Both the position numbers and the translations under genes were made by a program. This document shows, piece after piece, positions 1-7,746 of a stretch of 18,198 nt of DNA; positions within the stretch are counted from its first letter, which is position 1; each line of letters starts with the position of its first letter. The notes below the pieces were generated by a model, which saw nothing but the letters and a program-made list of their open reading frames with translations, made no database searches and had not been told where the DNA came from. The stretch lies in IMG/VR virus record IMGVR_UViG_2740892229_000008, positions 1-18,198 of that record; one strand, written 5' to 3'. Origin of the DNA: a virus (Duplodnaviria > Heunggongvirae > Uroviricota > Caudoviricetes).

Positions 1-142
1 TAATCGCCTGCATCAGAGTATAAGGGGTTATGGCCACCGGACTACCAAACGGCTGCCAGCCCTCTTTCAGTTTATGTGTCAGCTTTTCCGCAAGATCTGA
101 TGGCGACGCCGCCCTGACAACATCATAGTGTTTAAATGCCAT
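1..142 (-). CDS. DUF1737-family protein, N-terminal fragment (start of a NanS-p-like esterase gene); runs off the window start
   Basis: Own translation of the reverse complement from ATG at 142: MAFKHYDVVRAASPSDLAEKLTHKLKEGWQPFGSPVAITPYTLMQAI, a close paralogue of the N-terminus of the ORF starting at 5112. The track ORF 79..282 is in another frame. Confidence 0.55.
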   Translation of the reverse strand, partial: MAFKHYDVVRAASPSDLAEKLTHKLKEGWQPFGSPVAITPYTLMQAI

Positions 143-401
143 GGTTCTTTCCACCATCTGAAAAATAATTCTTTAAAATACCTGACATGTAATACAGAAA
201 AAACACAAAACCATACCTTAAATAAAAACCTGATTATCAAGCAGATATGCATGGATAAACTACAAGACGAGATATAAACCACCCTGTATTTAAATAAACA
301 ATAAACAACATCAGAAAAATAATTCTGCTCTATGGTTTAATTCAAAAATATCATTTATACTTTTCAGAACATCACCAGCAAGGCATAAACAAGGAAAGTA
401 A

Positions 402-737
402 ATGAAGTGGATTGTGATTGATACAGTTATCCAGCCATCATGCGGAATATCTTTTTCAGTCATATGGAGTAAAATAAAATTAATAATCTGGTATCAATCG
501 GATGCTTTCTTACCTCCTGAAAGTATATTTACACTGACTCACACAGGTATCATGCTCAATAACAAAGTGCTACCTGTAACCATTTACAACATAGTACCAT
601 TCAATAAAACATTCTGGAATTTAATCAAAAACAGCCAGGAATGCCCTACAAATACAGATAACGTATTGAATGAATGCTTTAATAACCGTTGCACTCTGCA
701 AATATGTCCTTATGGGCTAAAACAACAAAATCCATAA
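402..737 (+). CDS. hypothetical protein (AT-rich cargo ORF)
   Basis: 111-aa ORF with ATG preceded by AAGGAAAG; AT-rich, no recognisable motif; lies between the tRNA cluster and the DUF1737 gene. Confidence 0.25.
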   Translation: MKWIVIDTVIQPSCGISFSVIWSKIKLIIWYQSDAFLPPESIFTLTHTGIMLNNKVLPVTIYNIVPFNKTFWNLIKNSQECPTNTDNVLNECFNNRCTLQICPYGLKQQNP

Positions 738-756
738 GGAGTTTACTCACATCTGA

Positions 757-793
757 CAAAATCAATATAAACAGCCCCTCCGGAGAGGGGCTG
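757..793 (-). terminator. candidate intrinsic terminator (minus strand)
   Basis: Perfect 9-bp stem CAGCCCCTC/GAGGGGCTG (772-780/785-793) with 4-nt loop; on the minus strand it is followed by TTTATATTGATTTTG. Confidence 0.4.
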
Positions 794-1017
794 GAGAGTG
801 GCGCTATGTGCCATTGCATGGTGCCGGGTGCCTCCCGGTGAATTCAGTACCAGCACCTGAATCCGCGATTATCCCATATACCTACTCGCTGATTGCCCCT
901 CCGCACAGGGGGATTCACCATGCCAGTTTCTTTTAACAAACTCCCCGCAAACCAGACAACAGTCAACCGCCTGAATTGTGAAGTATTTAAAAATTTCTCC
1001 CGCTAACTGATACCCGG

Positions 1018-1104
1018 CTAACAGTCTGGCGTTTTCTTTTTCAGCAACGGGAAAGCAACAACCACCACACCCGCCACCAGCACACCGTCAGCCAGCACTG
1101 ACAT
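1018..1104 (-). CDS. small hydrophobic peptide (about 28 aa), paralogue of the peptide at 5411..5491
   Basis: Own translation MSVLADGVLVAGVVVVAFPLLKKKTPDC; amino-acid pattern is conserved with the 5411..5491 peptide although the DNA has diverged. No clear SD; start uncertain. Confidence 0.3.
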   Translation of the reverse strand: MSVLADGVLVAGVVVVAFPLLKKKTPDC

Positions 1105-1184
1105 TATCCGGCTGCTGCAATGCCATTCACAAAAACAGTAAGCAATCACTTTTTACCGTAACAGGTGATAATCCAGATATGTAT

Positions 1185-1538
1185 CTACCCCAGATGAGTA
1201 ATCCGAAGTTCATCCATACCACAGGTCCTGGCTATTCTGTTGTACTCCTGAACAAGAGCAAATAATTCTGAATTAGCAACCATGAACTCATCGCAAACCC
1301 TCTGTATAGCATCACTATTCAGAATAATAACGTCTCTTCCCGAAAGACGATCAGGAGTACAGAACAAAACTGTCAAACGGCTGAAGGCCTTTGCTCGTGC
1401 TGCATTGACTATATCAATACGCTGCCTAAGGATGAAACACCCCGACGCCTCATCAATATTCACTCTACCCACACCATATGAATGATAAATATTTAATGCT
1501 GAAAAAACCATTAGACCGTATAACAAATATTCAATCAA
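1185..1538 (-). CDS. hypothetical protein (117-aa ORF, doubtful)
   Basis: Track ORF with TTG start and no obvious RBS; overlaps a + strand 67-aa ORF; no motif recognised. Confidence 0.2.
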   Translation of the reverse strand: MIEYLLYGLMVFSALNIYHSYGVGRVNIDEASGCFILRQRIDIVNAARAKAFSRLTVLFCTPDRLSGRDVIILNSDAIQRVCDEFMVANSELFALVQEYNRIARTCGMDELRITHLG

Positions 1539-1648
1539 TACTTAACAGAACTTTTATTTTTGACAAACATATAATATTTTCAACAATATCCTGAGCCAGG
1601 TATATTTCAGTATAAGGCTCTGCCGGAAGGAATCTGGAAGAATGAATA

Positions 1649-1725
1649 TGGCGCGCTGTACTGGATTCGAACCAGTGACCGATTGCTTAGAAGGCAATTG
1701 CTCTGTCCGGCTGAGCTAACAACGC
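1649..1725 (-). tRNA. tRNA-Arg (anticodon UCU), prophage-encoded
   Basis: Minus strand GCGTTGTTAGCTCAGCCGGACAGAGCAATTGCCTTCTAAGCAATCGGTCACTGGTTCGAATCCAGTACAGCGCGCCA folds by eye as a cloverleaf: 7-bp acceptor, GCTC/GAGC D stem, ATTGC/GCAAT anticodon stem with loop CTTCTAA, TTCGAAT T-loop, CCA end. Confidence 0.85.
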
Positions 1726-1738
1726 TGAATACCGATAA

Positions 1739-1819
1739 TGGATCGCCATCGGGGACCCGCCCCCCGCACCAACAACCCTGTTATCGTGTCGTCTGCTCTT
1801 CCTGATAAGCTAATGGCGG
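1739..1819 (-). pseudogene. tRNA-like element, probably degenerate (no canonical anticodon arm found)
   Basis: Minus strand CCGCCAT-TA-GCTT...GAGC...CGGGG-GGCGGGT-CCCCG-ATGGCGA-T-CCA: acceptor pairing 6 of 7, D arm, T-arm-like hairpin and CCA present, but I could not pair an anticodon stem by eye. Confidence 0.3.
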
Positions 1820-1826
1820 TTTGTGA

Positions 1827-1902
1827 TGGTGGCCCTTGCTGGATTTGAACCAGCGACCTGGCGATTATGAGTCGCTCGCTCTCACCACTGAGCTAAAGGG
1901 CC
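1827..1902 (-). tRNA. tRNA with CAU anticodon (Met or lysidine-modified Ile2, as ileZ of Stx phages)
   Basis: Minus strand GGCCCTTTAGCTCAGTGGTGAGAGCGAGCGACTCATAATCGCCAGGTCGCTGGTTCAAATCCAGCAAGGGCCACCA; canonical cloverleaf, anticodon loop CTCATAA. Confidence 0.85.
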
Positions 1903-1941
1903 GGGAGCAGAATAATAACGATCCGTAATTAATTTCGCAAT

Positions 1942-1965
1942 AAAAAACCCGCTCAGCGGCGGGTT
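1942..1965 (-). terminator. tR'-like intrinsic terminator downstream of lambda-type Q
   Basis: 6-bp GC stem ACCCGC/GCGGGT (1947-1964), followed on the minus strand by TTTTTTA. Confidence 0.5.
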
Positions 1966-2012
1966 GTAGAAACTCTTCTAACGTCAGGCATAAAACGCCC
2001 ATCGTTATGACG

Positions 2013-2040
2013 AATTTACCACAGATTCCGGAAAAATCAA
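2013..2040 (-). promoter_or_regulatory. pR'-like late promoter
   Basis: Minus strand TTGATT (-35, 2040..2035), 16-nt spacer, TAAATT (-10, 2018..2013), beginning 6 nt after the Q stop; the -10 hexamer is the same as I recall for lambda pR'. Confidence 0.45.
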
Positions 2041-2045
2041 CCTTG

Positions 2046-2867
2046 TTACCTAGTTACCTTTTTTAACTGCCGCTCAGCCCATGCTTCTTCAATATCAAAC
2101 CGGGTCACCAGCGCATCATAAAATTTCTTAACTGTTTTTTCCCATGACGCGCGTGTTATCTGGTTTGTCACCTCGCATATAGCATTAAATGCCTCCGTTG
2201 ATGGTAGTCTTTCATAGCCACGACCACCACAACGCTGGCAGTCTCTGATAACAGGCATACCACGTTTTACCGACTCTTCACGATGAATGGCGACACCACG
2301 CCCACGGCAATCCTTACAGGCGGTGGAAACCTCACCCTTTCCGCCACACTCCGGACAGGCAACTTTTACCACCTCCCTGACTTTTTTCCATTCTTCCCAG
2401 TAAGACGGATACACACCTTTCGTACACTTTGCCCATACCGGCGGCTTACCATCCGGATACTGGACCTTGTTTGTAAAAACTATGCTTTCAATAAATTTTT
2501 CCCCATAGCAACAAGGGCACTGCTTTTTACTCGCTGCGCTGCGGGCATAATCCTCAAAAGCGTACGAAGCCATAATGCGCATCACTACCGGTTTTATTTC
2601 TGCCGGAAGTTTTCTCAACGCCGCCACACGATCGCACCGACTGAGTGCATAATCTGCCAGTAATTCTGTTGCCCGCGCCCTGTCATTCATACTGATGCCC
2701 ATTTTCCCCAGGAACGCAGAAAAACCCATCTCAGCCCGATTCTGTGTCATGCCCTGCGCGGCCATCACATCAGTGATACTCAGCGCATCTTTTGACGTTG
2801 AGGCCGATGCATCGGTCAGGCCAGGGGATTTTGGGGAGTAGTATTTCGGTAAATCTTCCAGTTTCAT
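2046..2867 (-). CDS. antitermination protein Q, lambda-Q family (273 aa)
   Basis: YSPKSP and TDVMAAQGM near the N-terminus, several CxxC pairs, C-terminal YDALV...KKVTR; resembles lambda Q as I recall it. Sits between rusA and pR'/tR'/tRNAs. Confidence 0.8.
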   Translation of the reverse strand: MKLEDLPKYYSPKSPGLTDASASTSKDALSITDVMAAQGMTQNRAEMGFSAFLGKMGISMNDRARATELLADYALSRCDRVAALRKLPAEIKPVVMRIMASYAFEDYARSAASKKQCPCCYGEKFIESIVFTNKVQYPDGKPPVWAKCTKGVYPSYWEEWKKVREVVKVACPECGGKGEVSTACKDCRGRGVAIHREESVKRGMPVIRDCQRCGGRGYERLPSTEAFNAICEVTNQITRASWEKTVKKFYDALVTRFDIEEAWAERQLKKVTR

Positions 2868-2881
2868 TTTTTGACCTGCTC

Positions 2882-3238
2882 TTAATGCATTATGGGGTAA
2901 ATCTTCACCCCCAGACGTCCACCAGATACTGGCTGACCACGAACGATATTGATTTCATCAAACTGCTCATCGTCCATTAACACTCCCGCATGCGTCAGCG
3001 CATCCAGCGGTGCTTTCAGAATGTTGTCCAGGTCGCGACGACGCTTATCCGGTGGCTCTGCAATCACCTTTATCGCCAGCCTTCCGGACAGGCTTAATTT
3101 CAGCCGCTGCTGGCGAACAATAAGCGCCACAGCCCGGCGATAACGCTTTCCCTCCTCCGAGATAAAATATGTGCTGCCACGGCGTCGCCAGTAAGTGTTC
3201 ACCGTCGGCGGGTAAGGTAAAACCAAATCTATGAGCAT
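2882..3238 (-). CDS. rusA: Holliday-junction resolvase RusA family
   Basis: LPYPPTVNTYWRRRG and PDKRRRDLDNILKAPLDALTHAGVLMDDEQ match the RusA pattern (LPWPPSNNRYYR, PDRRRRDLDN) from memory. Confidence 0.8.
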   Translation of the reverse strand: MLIDLVLPYPPTVNTYWRRRGSTYFISEEGKRYRRAVALIVRQQRLKLSLSGRLAIKVIAEPPDKRRRDLDNILKAPLDALTHAGVLMDDEQFDEINIVRGQPVSGGRLGVKIYPIMH

Positions 3239-3250
3239 CAGTCACCTCTT

Positions 3251-4300
3251 TTACCCAAGCACGCCAGTTGCAAAGGCGTGATCAAGAAAACGAAAAATTA
3301 AATCAACCTGAGAACCATGCTTTTCTTCGAACGCCAGCGGATCCGCATGAAGCTCGTTGTGATGCTCCCGACACAGCGGTAGCGTGAAAATATCGTGAGA
3401 TTTTGTCCCCATTCCGCCCTGACCATGACCAATCAGGTGATGGGGATCGTCGGCTGGCTTACCACAACACGCACACGGCTGTGTCTTCACCCAGCGTGTG
3501 TATTTCTCGTTAACCCAGCGGCGACGTTTAGGTCGTTTCATGAAAGATTCCGGAGGCTCAGGATCAACGGCAATGCTGACCACCGTCTTTTCCTGTGGTG
3601 GGTTCTGTTGCTGGTGGGCGTGAGGCAGCGGCGCAAGATTTTTTGTGCGCTGTTTCAGTATGCTGATGGCGGTCTGCTCTCCCGGTACGATGTCGCTTTC
3701 GCGGTACAAGGGGCGGATTTTTTCCGCACGTAACCCCAGAGAACGACGTAATACTGCCTCCGGAAGCGCGTCCGCCACCTGATTGCAGACCGCCCACCAG
3801 GATAATTCAGCCAGAGATAATTCACGCTCCTGCGTACCGCTTATTGCGTGACCGATGACGTCAATCATCCATGCTGACAGGTTTTGATGAGCAAGTTGCT
3901 CGAGTGATTCGGATGTCTGGTCACGCAGCTGGTTGTCGCAGTGCCAGCACAACACCATTGCGCCGGTACCATAACGGTGAATGACGGTTTCGCTGTGATG
4001 ATAATCGCCGTGTGGCCACTGGCAGGATTTAATATGGCGCAACAGCCAGTCAGACAATGCACCAGCACCACCAGCAGCACGAATCACCCGTGCGTTACTG
4101 AAAAACGGCAGCAATGTTTTGTCTTCCACTAGCGGCTGGTGAACGGCAGGAACAACCCCGGACGGCAGATTACGCATGCTTTTCGGTTCCGGCTCCACCA
4201 GTACCCGGGTATTGTGGAATACCGGCATGGATTCACGGCCCGGCTTAACGATCACCAGCCCGAGTTCCGGTACCAGAACAGGTCGAAGTAATACCCGCAC
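3251..4300 (-). CDS. DUF968-family prophage protein (YdfU-like) with C-terminal HNH-like Cys/His motif
   Basis: 349-aa ORF; C-terminal CACCGKPADDPHHLIGHGQGG...LCREHHNELH; position immediately upstream of rusA and Q as in Qin/DLP12-type prophages. True start may be an internal Met. Confidence 0.65.
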   Translation of the reverse strand: MRVLLRPVLVPELGLVIVKPGRESMPVFHNTRVLVEPEPKSMRNLPSGVVPAVHQPLVEDKTLLPFFSNARVIRAAGGAGALSDWLLRHIKSCQWPHGDYHHSETVIHRYGTGAMVLCWHCDNQLRDQTSESLEQLAHQNLSAWMIDVIGHAISGTQERELSLAELSWWAVCNQVADALPEAVLRRSLGLRAEKIRPLYRESDIVPGEQTAISILKQRTKNLAPLPHAHQQQNPPQEKTVVSIAVDPEPPESFMKRPKRRRWVNEKYTRWVKTQPCACCGKPADDPHHLIGHGQGGMGTKSHDIFTLPLCREHHNELHADPLAFEEKHGSQVDLIFRFLDHAFATGVLG

Positions 4301-4301
4301 G

Positions 4302-4580
4302 TTACCTCCAGATGCGTTGCTGGAATGTGCGGGACGGACGCGGTGGGCGCTCGGAGTAAGGAAGCCTGACGGAGATTATCCAGTGACGATAATCGAGGCT
4401 GAGGGCTTTCTTAATCTCGTATCCGTGTCTGCGGTAGCACTGAATTAGCCACTCGGCCTGTTCTTCAGTGCATGGGGGATGCTGGAACCAGTCAGATTTG
4501 AAAGTGCGGGAACGCCGCCCGTGCCTGCTGGCAAAGACGGCAGAATCATCAGAATTGTGTAATTTGGTATCGTGCGCCAT
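4302..4580 (-). CDS. hypothetical protein (about 92 aa)
   Basis: Track ORF 4302..4709 trimmed to the only Met (ATG at 4580), because the N-terminal extension would run through the terminator hairpin at 4653-4677; weak SD. Confidence 0.35.
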   Translation of the reverse strand: MAHDTKLHNSDDSAVFASRHGRRSRTFKSDWFQHPPCTEEQAEWLIQCYRRHGYEIKKALSLDYRHWIISVRLPYSERPPRPSRTFQQRIWR

Positions 4581-4652
4581 CGGTTGTCTCTGCTGGCGCA
4601 GCAGGTGCCAGTTGTTCAGGCTGGCGTGCGAATTGTAAACCAGAATGCTAGG

Positions 4653-4677
4653 AAAAAACAAAACCCGCCGAAGCGGG
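4653..4677 (-). terminator. intrinsic terminator (minus strand)
   Basis: CCCGC-cgaa-GCGGG hairpin (4664-4677) followed on the minus strand by TTTTGTTTTTT (4663..4653). Confidence 0.55.
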
Positions 4678-4790
4678 TTAAGTGCGGGTGCGTTGAGGAT
4701 GCCTGACACATCAGAGGTGGCGAGGGATTCTCCCCATAAGCGCTAACTTAAGGGTTGAACCATCTGAAGAATGCGACGCCTCGGTGCCTC

Positions 4791-4800
4791 NNNNNNNNNN
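4791..4800. other. assembly gap (10 N); no contig overlap detected
   Basis: Run of N; flanking sequences show no shared overlap, so adjacency is unverified. Confidence 0.95.
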
Positions 4801-5112
4801 AACTGTACTGCGGCGCGCCAGCTGTTTAATGCGCGGATCCGGAGCATCGTATGAATCCGGAAGCGGAAGCCCTTCACCGTAAGCCATGGCATTGGACTGC
4901 CCGGCCAGTACGATGACGTAGTACCAATCCGGCTCAGATGAAGGGCCGACCTGTGGCTCTCCTTCAATAGCCACCGCCTGCATCAGTGTGTACGGCGTAA
5001 TGGCAACCGGTCCGCCGTATGGCTGCCAGCCCTCTTTCAGTTTGTGTGTCAGCTTTTCCGCAAGGTCTGACGGCGACGCCGCCCTGACAACATCGTAATG
5101 TTTAATCGACAT
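4801..5112 (-). CDS. DUF1737 + SGNH (sialate O-acetylesterase, NanS-p-like) protein, 5' portion truncated by the gap
   Basis: MSIKHYDVVRAASPSDLAEKL... (DUF1737-like) followed by DWYYVIVLAGQSNAMAYGEGLPLP, the GQSN block typical of sialate O-acetylesterases; reading frame is lost after the N-run. Confidence 0.7.
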
Positions 5113-5198
5113 CGAATTTCTCCCGTGTAGAGGAACAGAGTTAAAAAGCCGGAAGCGGAATCAAATCACAGGATGACCATCTGCCAGTGGCAGGTCAT

Positions 5199-5225
5199 AA
5201 AAAAAAGGCTGCGCAATGCGCAGCC
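5199..5225 (-). terminator. intrinsic terminator (minus strand) upstream of the DUF1737 esterase gene
   Basis: Perfect 8-bp stem GGCTGCGC/GCGCAGCC with 3-nt loop (5207-5225), followed on the minus strand by eight T (5206..5199). Confidence 0.6.
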
Positions 5226-5410
5226 AGAACTCACAAGGAAAATGATAAAAGGAATAACACTAGTGATGTACGCATGGCGCCTCCCGCTAAGTTCTGCAAT
5301 GATCAAACAGAACTCGCTACGTGCCCTTAAAACTCGATCATTTAGCCCCTCCAAGGAGGATTCACCATGCGGTTGATTTTTTAATAAACAGTAAACAAAA
5401 AAGTCAAGAA

Positions 5411-5491
5411 TTATTCATTCTGTTCTTTCATCATCGGCCACAGCAATACCACAATGCCGCAGACCAGAGCGCCATCAGTCAGTACCAACAT
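5411..5491 (-). CDS. small hydrophobic peptide (about 26 aa), paralogue of 1018..1104
   Basis: Own translation MLVLTDGALVCGIVVLLWPMMKEQNE; pattern L-x-D-G-x-L-V-x-G-x-V-V...P...K shared with the 1018..1104 peptide despite many synonymous-type DNA differences. Start ambiguous (in-frame upstream codons are open). Confidence 0.3.
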   Translation of the reverse strand: MLVLTDGALVCGIVVLLWPMMKEQNE

Positions 5492-5654
5492 TATCCTGCT
5501 GGTGAAATCCATCATCACCATCACTAAAAGCAGGATCACAACAGCAAGCAGACACAGTTTATAAAACAATGTTCAGAAAACGCATTCAGCATGCCTAAGG
5601 TTCTATTCCTACGAATAGCCAACTTGCAACTTAAAATATTATTTATGCAGCCAA

Positions 5655-6413
5655 TTAAATTCTGGTCCTTACAATATCAACCTGAAGATTCTTATCTTGT
5701 GCTGATTGATAAATGACAAACCTTTTACTACCTGCATTGAAAGAAGTAGACAAAACCAGACAATTATCATAACGAGCAAGAACATAATACCAACCATCAT
5801 TATAATTAATCATTTCATATTCTTTCTTAAACTGTGGTTTGTAATATCCTGTCAGAAATGAAAAAAGCCAAAAATATGCCACAAAAGCAATCATCACAAT
5901 CTCAAAAAAATGTTTTTTTATAAATGGCTTATCATAGAAGCATGATACCGATAAAAATCGCCCATAAGATCTTATCGAAATTGTAACCGCCAGCGCAATC
6001 GCTGCTGACAGTAGCAAAAGAGGTACCTGAATCTTCTGTCTCAATATAGAAAACTCAATAATTGCCGGCACAAACAATAATTCCACAGCAAAATAAAGGC
6101 GAAATACATTTAGCTCTTGCATAGAATGTTTTCTTTTCACTGCGAAAAAGAATACAACACCAATACCCCAACCGATAAGAAATATAGCAATGACGATAAC
6201 TGCAAAAAATAAACTTCTGGCAACATCATCAACACCTGCACCTACAATCCACCATGGGAAGCCGTAGTAAAAAGAAGTACCCCATCCATAGAAATAAGCA
6301 CTCCCCCATCCAAGGCATCCCATGTAGGCAATAAAAAGTGAAGAACTCCTGAGCAGCGCACCATCCTTCATAACCACCCCAATACAAGATGATAACATTG
6401 GCTTACAACTCAT
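5655..6413 (-). CDS. polytopic inner-membrane protein of unknown function (cargo downstream of Q82-like/tR')
   Basis: 252-aa ORF, AT-rich; about five hydrophobic helices (e.g. LFFAVIVIAIFLIGWGIGVVFFFAV) plus a 60-aa hydrophilic C-terminal domain; likely start at the Met at 6371, which is preceded by GGGGTGG. Confidence 0.5.
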   Translation of the reverse strand: MSCKPMLSSCIGVVMKDGALLRSSSLFIAYMGCLGWGSAYFYGWGTSFYYGFPWWIVGAGVDDVARSLFFAVIVIAIFLIGWGIGVVFFFAVKRKHSMQELNVFRLYFAVELLFVPAIIEFSILRQKIQVPLLLLSAAIALAVTISIRSYGRFLSVSCFYDKPFIKKHFFEIVMIAFVAYFWLFSFLTGYYKPQFKKEYEMINYNDGWYYVLARYDNCLVLSTSFNAGSKRFVIYQSAQDKNLQVDIVRTRI

Positions 6414-6510
6414 AACAAAAGCAATTCAATGCCGTCAAGAGGTTACAGGCTAAAAAAACTCTATTACATAGCAGCCAGCATGTTTACCGTACAAGTACAA
6501 CTCAGGGCAT

Positions 6511-6536
6511 AAAAAAAACCCACTCGGCAGCGGGTT
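6511..6536 (-). terminator. tR'-like intrinsic terminator
   Basis: Minus strand ACCCGC-tgccga-GTGGGT (6 bp incl. one G-U) followed by TTTTTTTT (6518..6511). Confidence 0.6.
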
Positions 6537-6570
6537 TATACATTTTTTACAACATACCAAATTTGCATGA

Positions 6571-6599
6571 AGTATATGGCTTTTAATCCAGTTTTGCAA
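6571..6599 (-). promoter_or_regulatory. pR'-like sigma70 promoter overlapping the 3' end of the Q82-like gene
   Basis: Minus strand TTGCAA (-35, 6599..6594), 17-nt spacer, TATACT (-10, 6576..6571); predicted transcript reaches the terminator about 50 nt downstream. Confidence 0.5.
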
Positions 6600-7272
6600 T
6601 ATTTTGCTGTAAAAATGCTGCCTTTTGTTTTGAACGTGTTCTCGTCACAAGCAATAAAGCATCACTATCAAGCTGTAGAAAAATGTGCTTCATTGCAACC
6701 CAGCGTTCAGTAAATGTCTCGGACCAGTTTTTTGTTGTCACTCCCACCAATGATGCCAGTGTCTGGTATTCATAGGCCTCACGCCCTGCAAGTTCGCTCT
6801 TCACATCCTGTGCAGCCAGCCAGATTAACGTCTTCAGGCGATCCAGTGTCTTACCTGCAATTTTTCTGTTACTTAACAAATCTTTAAACTCGCTCCATGC
6901 CCATTGCGTTATGGTGACCTGATGCCCCCATCGAACGCTTTCGCTGTAACACCAAAGCAACCATGCTTTCTGATGTTCATCGAGAGACAAAACCGCGCGG
7001 CGCCATGAAGAGGTTGAGAATTCAACCGGGCTGACCAAAGCAATGGATGAACCTTTTGCGTACGACTGCTTACCGGAAGTCGGCGTATTATCCAGCGTAA
7101 TCATCTTGCCAGTTACCACATCCAGAATGCGCGGCTTCTTTCGTTTGTATGTACCAGTATCAAATTGTGCATGCTCCTGCCAGGCTTCGAGCTGGCCTTT
7201 CGTTGCTCCGTTCAAGTCAGCAGTAGCTGCCATAAGTTGCTCACGAACATACTGTAAATATTGGGTATTCAT
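6583..7272 (-). CDS. putative antitermination protein Q, phage-82-like family (assignment from context and recollection)
   Basis: Track ORF 6583..7356 trimmed to the Met at 7272 (MNTQYLQYVREQL...), which is preceded by GAAAGGA. A strong promoter and short terminated transcript immediately downstream fit a Q/pR'/tR' unit. Family assignment not verifiable here. Confidence 0.45.
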   Translation of the reverse strand: MNTQYLQYVREQLMAATADLNGATKGQLEAWQEHAQFDTGTYKRKKPRILDVVTGKMITLDNTPTSGKQSYAKGSSIALVSPVEFSTSSWRRAVLSLDEHQKAWLLWCYSESVRWGHQVTITQWAWSEFKDLLSNRKIAGKTLDRLKTLIWLAAQDVKSELAGREAYEYQTLASLVGVTTKNWSETFTERWVAMKHIFLQLDSDALLLVTRTRSKQKAAFLQQNIAKLD

Positions 7273-7746
7273 GCAGTAAATCCTTTCTATATTTTGGCAT
7301 AATTCTTCAACATTCGGTAATCGTTCAAAACCGAATCGGGGAAACGACATAAGCACAGGAGCCCCCAGCGACAGCGAAGGAGTTCTGATATATAAGACTC
7401 AGACATCATTCATTCCCCGGTTCTCCAATATCTGTTTCACTCATCATCCATAACTACCTGTAATTGCCCCCCTTTTTTTGTAACAGTTCTTATATTGCTA
7501 TATAGAATAGCCATTACTAATGCATTTAAATTTAATAAAATAAAAATTATAAAAAACATAAAACACCACGCAAACACACTTAATAAAAACACCGTTACAT
7601 TAAAAGATAATAAAAACCGCAATAAAAAACGAATAAATCAATTGTCTCACGCAATTATAAAACATCATATTGATTACGCACCTTGTATTACAAACTCATG
7701 TATGTAAAATACGCGCACCATTCAAAAAAAAGGAAGACAATAACAT

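Noticed and set aside
79-282. 67-aa minus-strand ORF at the window start
   Set aside because: Wrong frame: the DUF1737 N-terminus is encoded in a different frame starting at ATG 142; the remainder is AT-rich intergenic sequence.
1903-2045. Search for Shiga toxin genes downstream of the Q and tRNA genes
   Set aside because: No ORF resembling StxA or StxB was found downstream of either tRNA cluster; the slots contain other cargo.
2283-4132. Multiple overlapping ORFs inside Q, rusA and the DUF968 gene (e.g. 2283..2663, 3045..3245, 3395..3733, 3564..3797, 3865..4080)
   Set aside because: Alternative frames or the opposite strand of genes with recognisable products; no independent support.
4581-4709. 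N-terminal extension of the 135-aa track ORF
   Set aside because: The extension runs through a strong terminator hairpin and T-run; trimmed to the Met at 4580.
7357-7746. ORFs of 61 and 70 aa (7437..7622 minus, 7495..7707 plus)
   Set aside because: They lie in an extremely AT-rich, low-complexity leader upstream of the LpxR-like gene; K/N/I-rich translations typical of AT-rich non-coding DNA.
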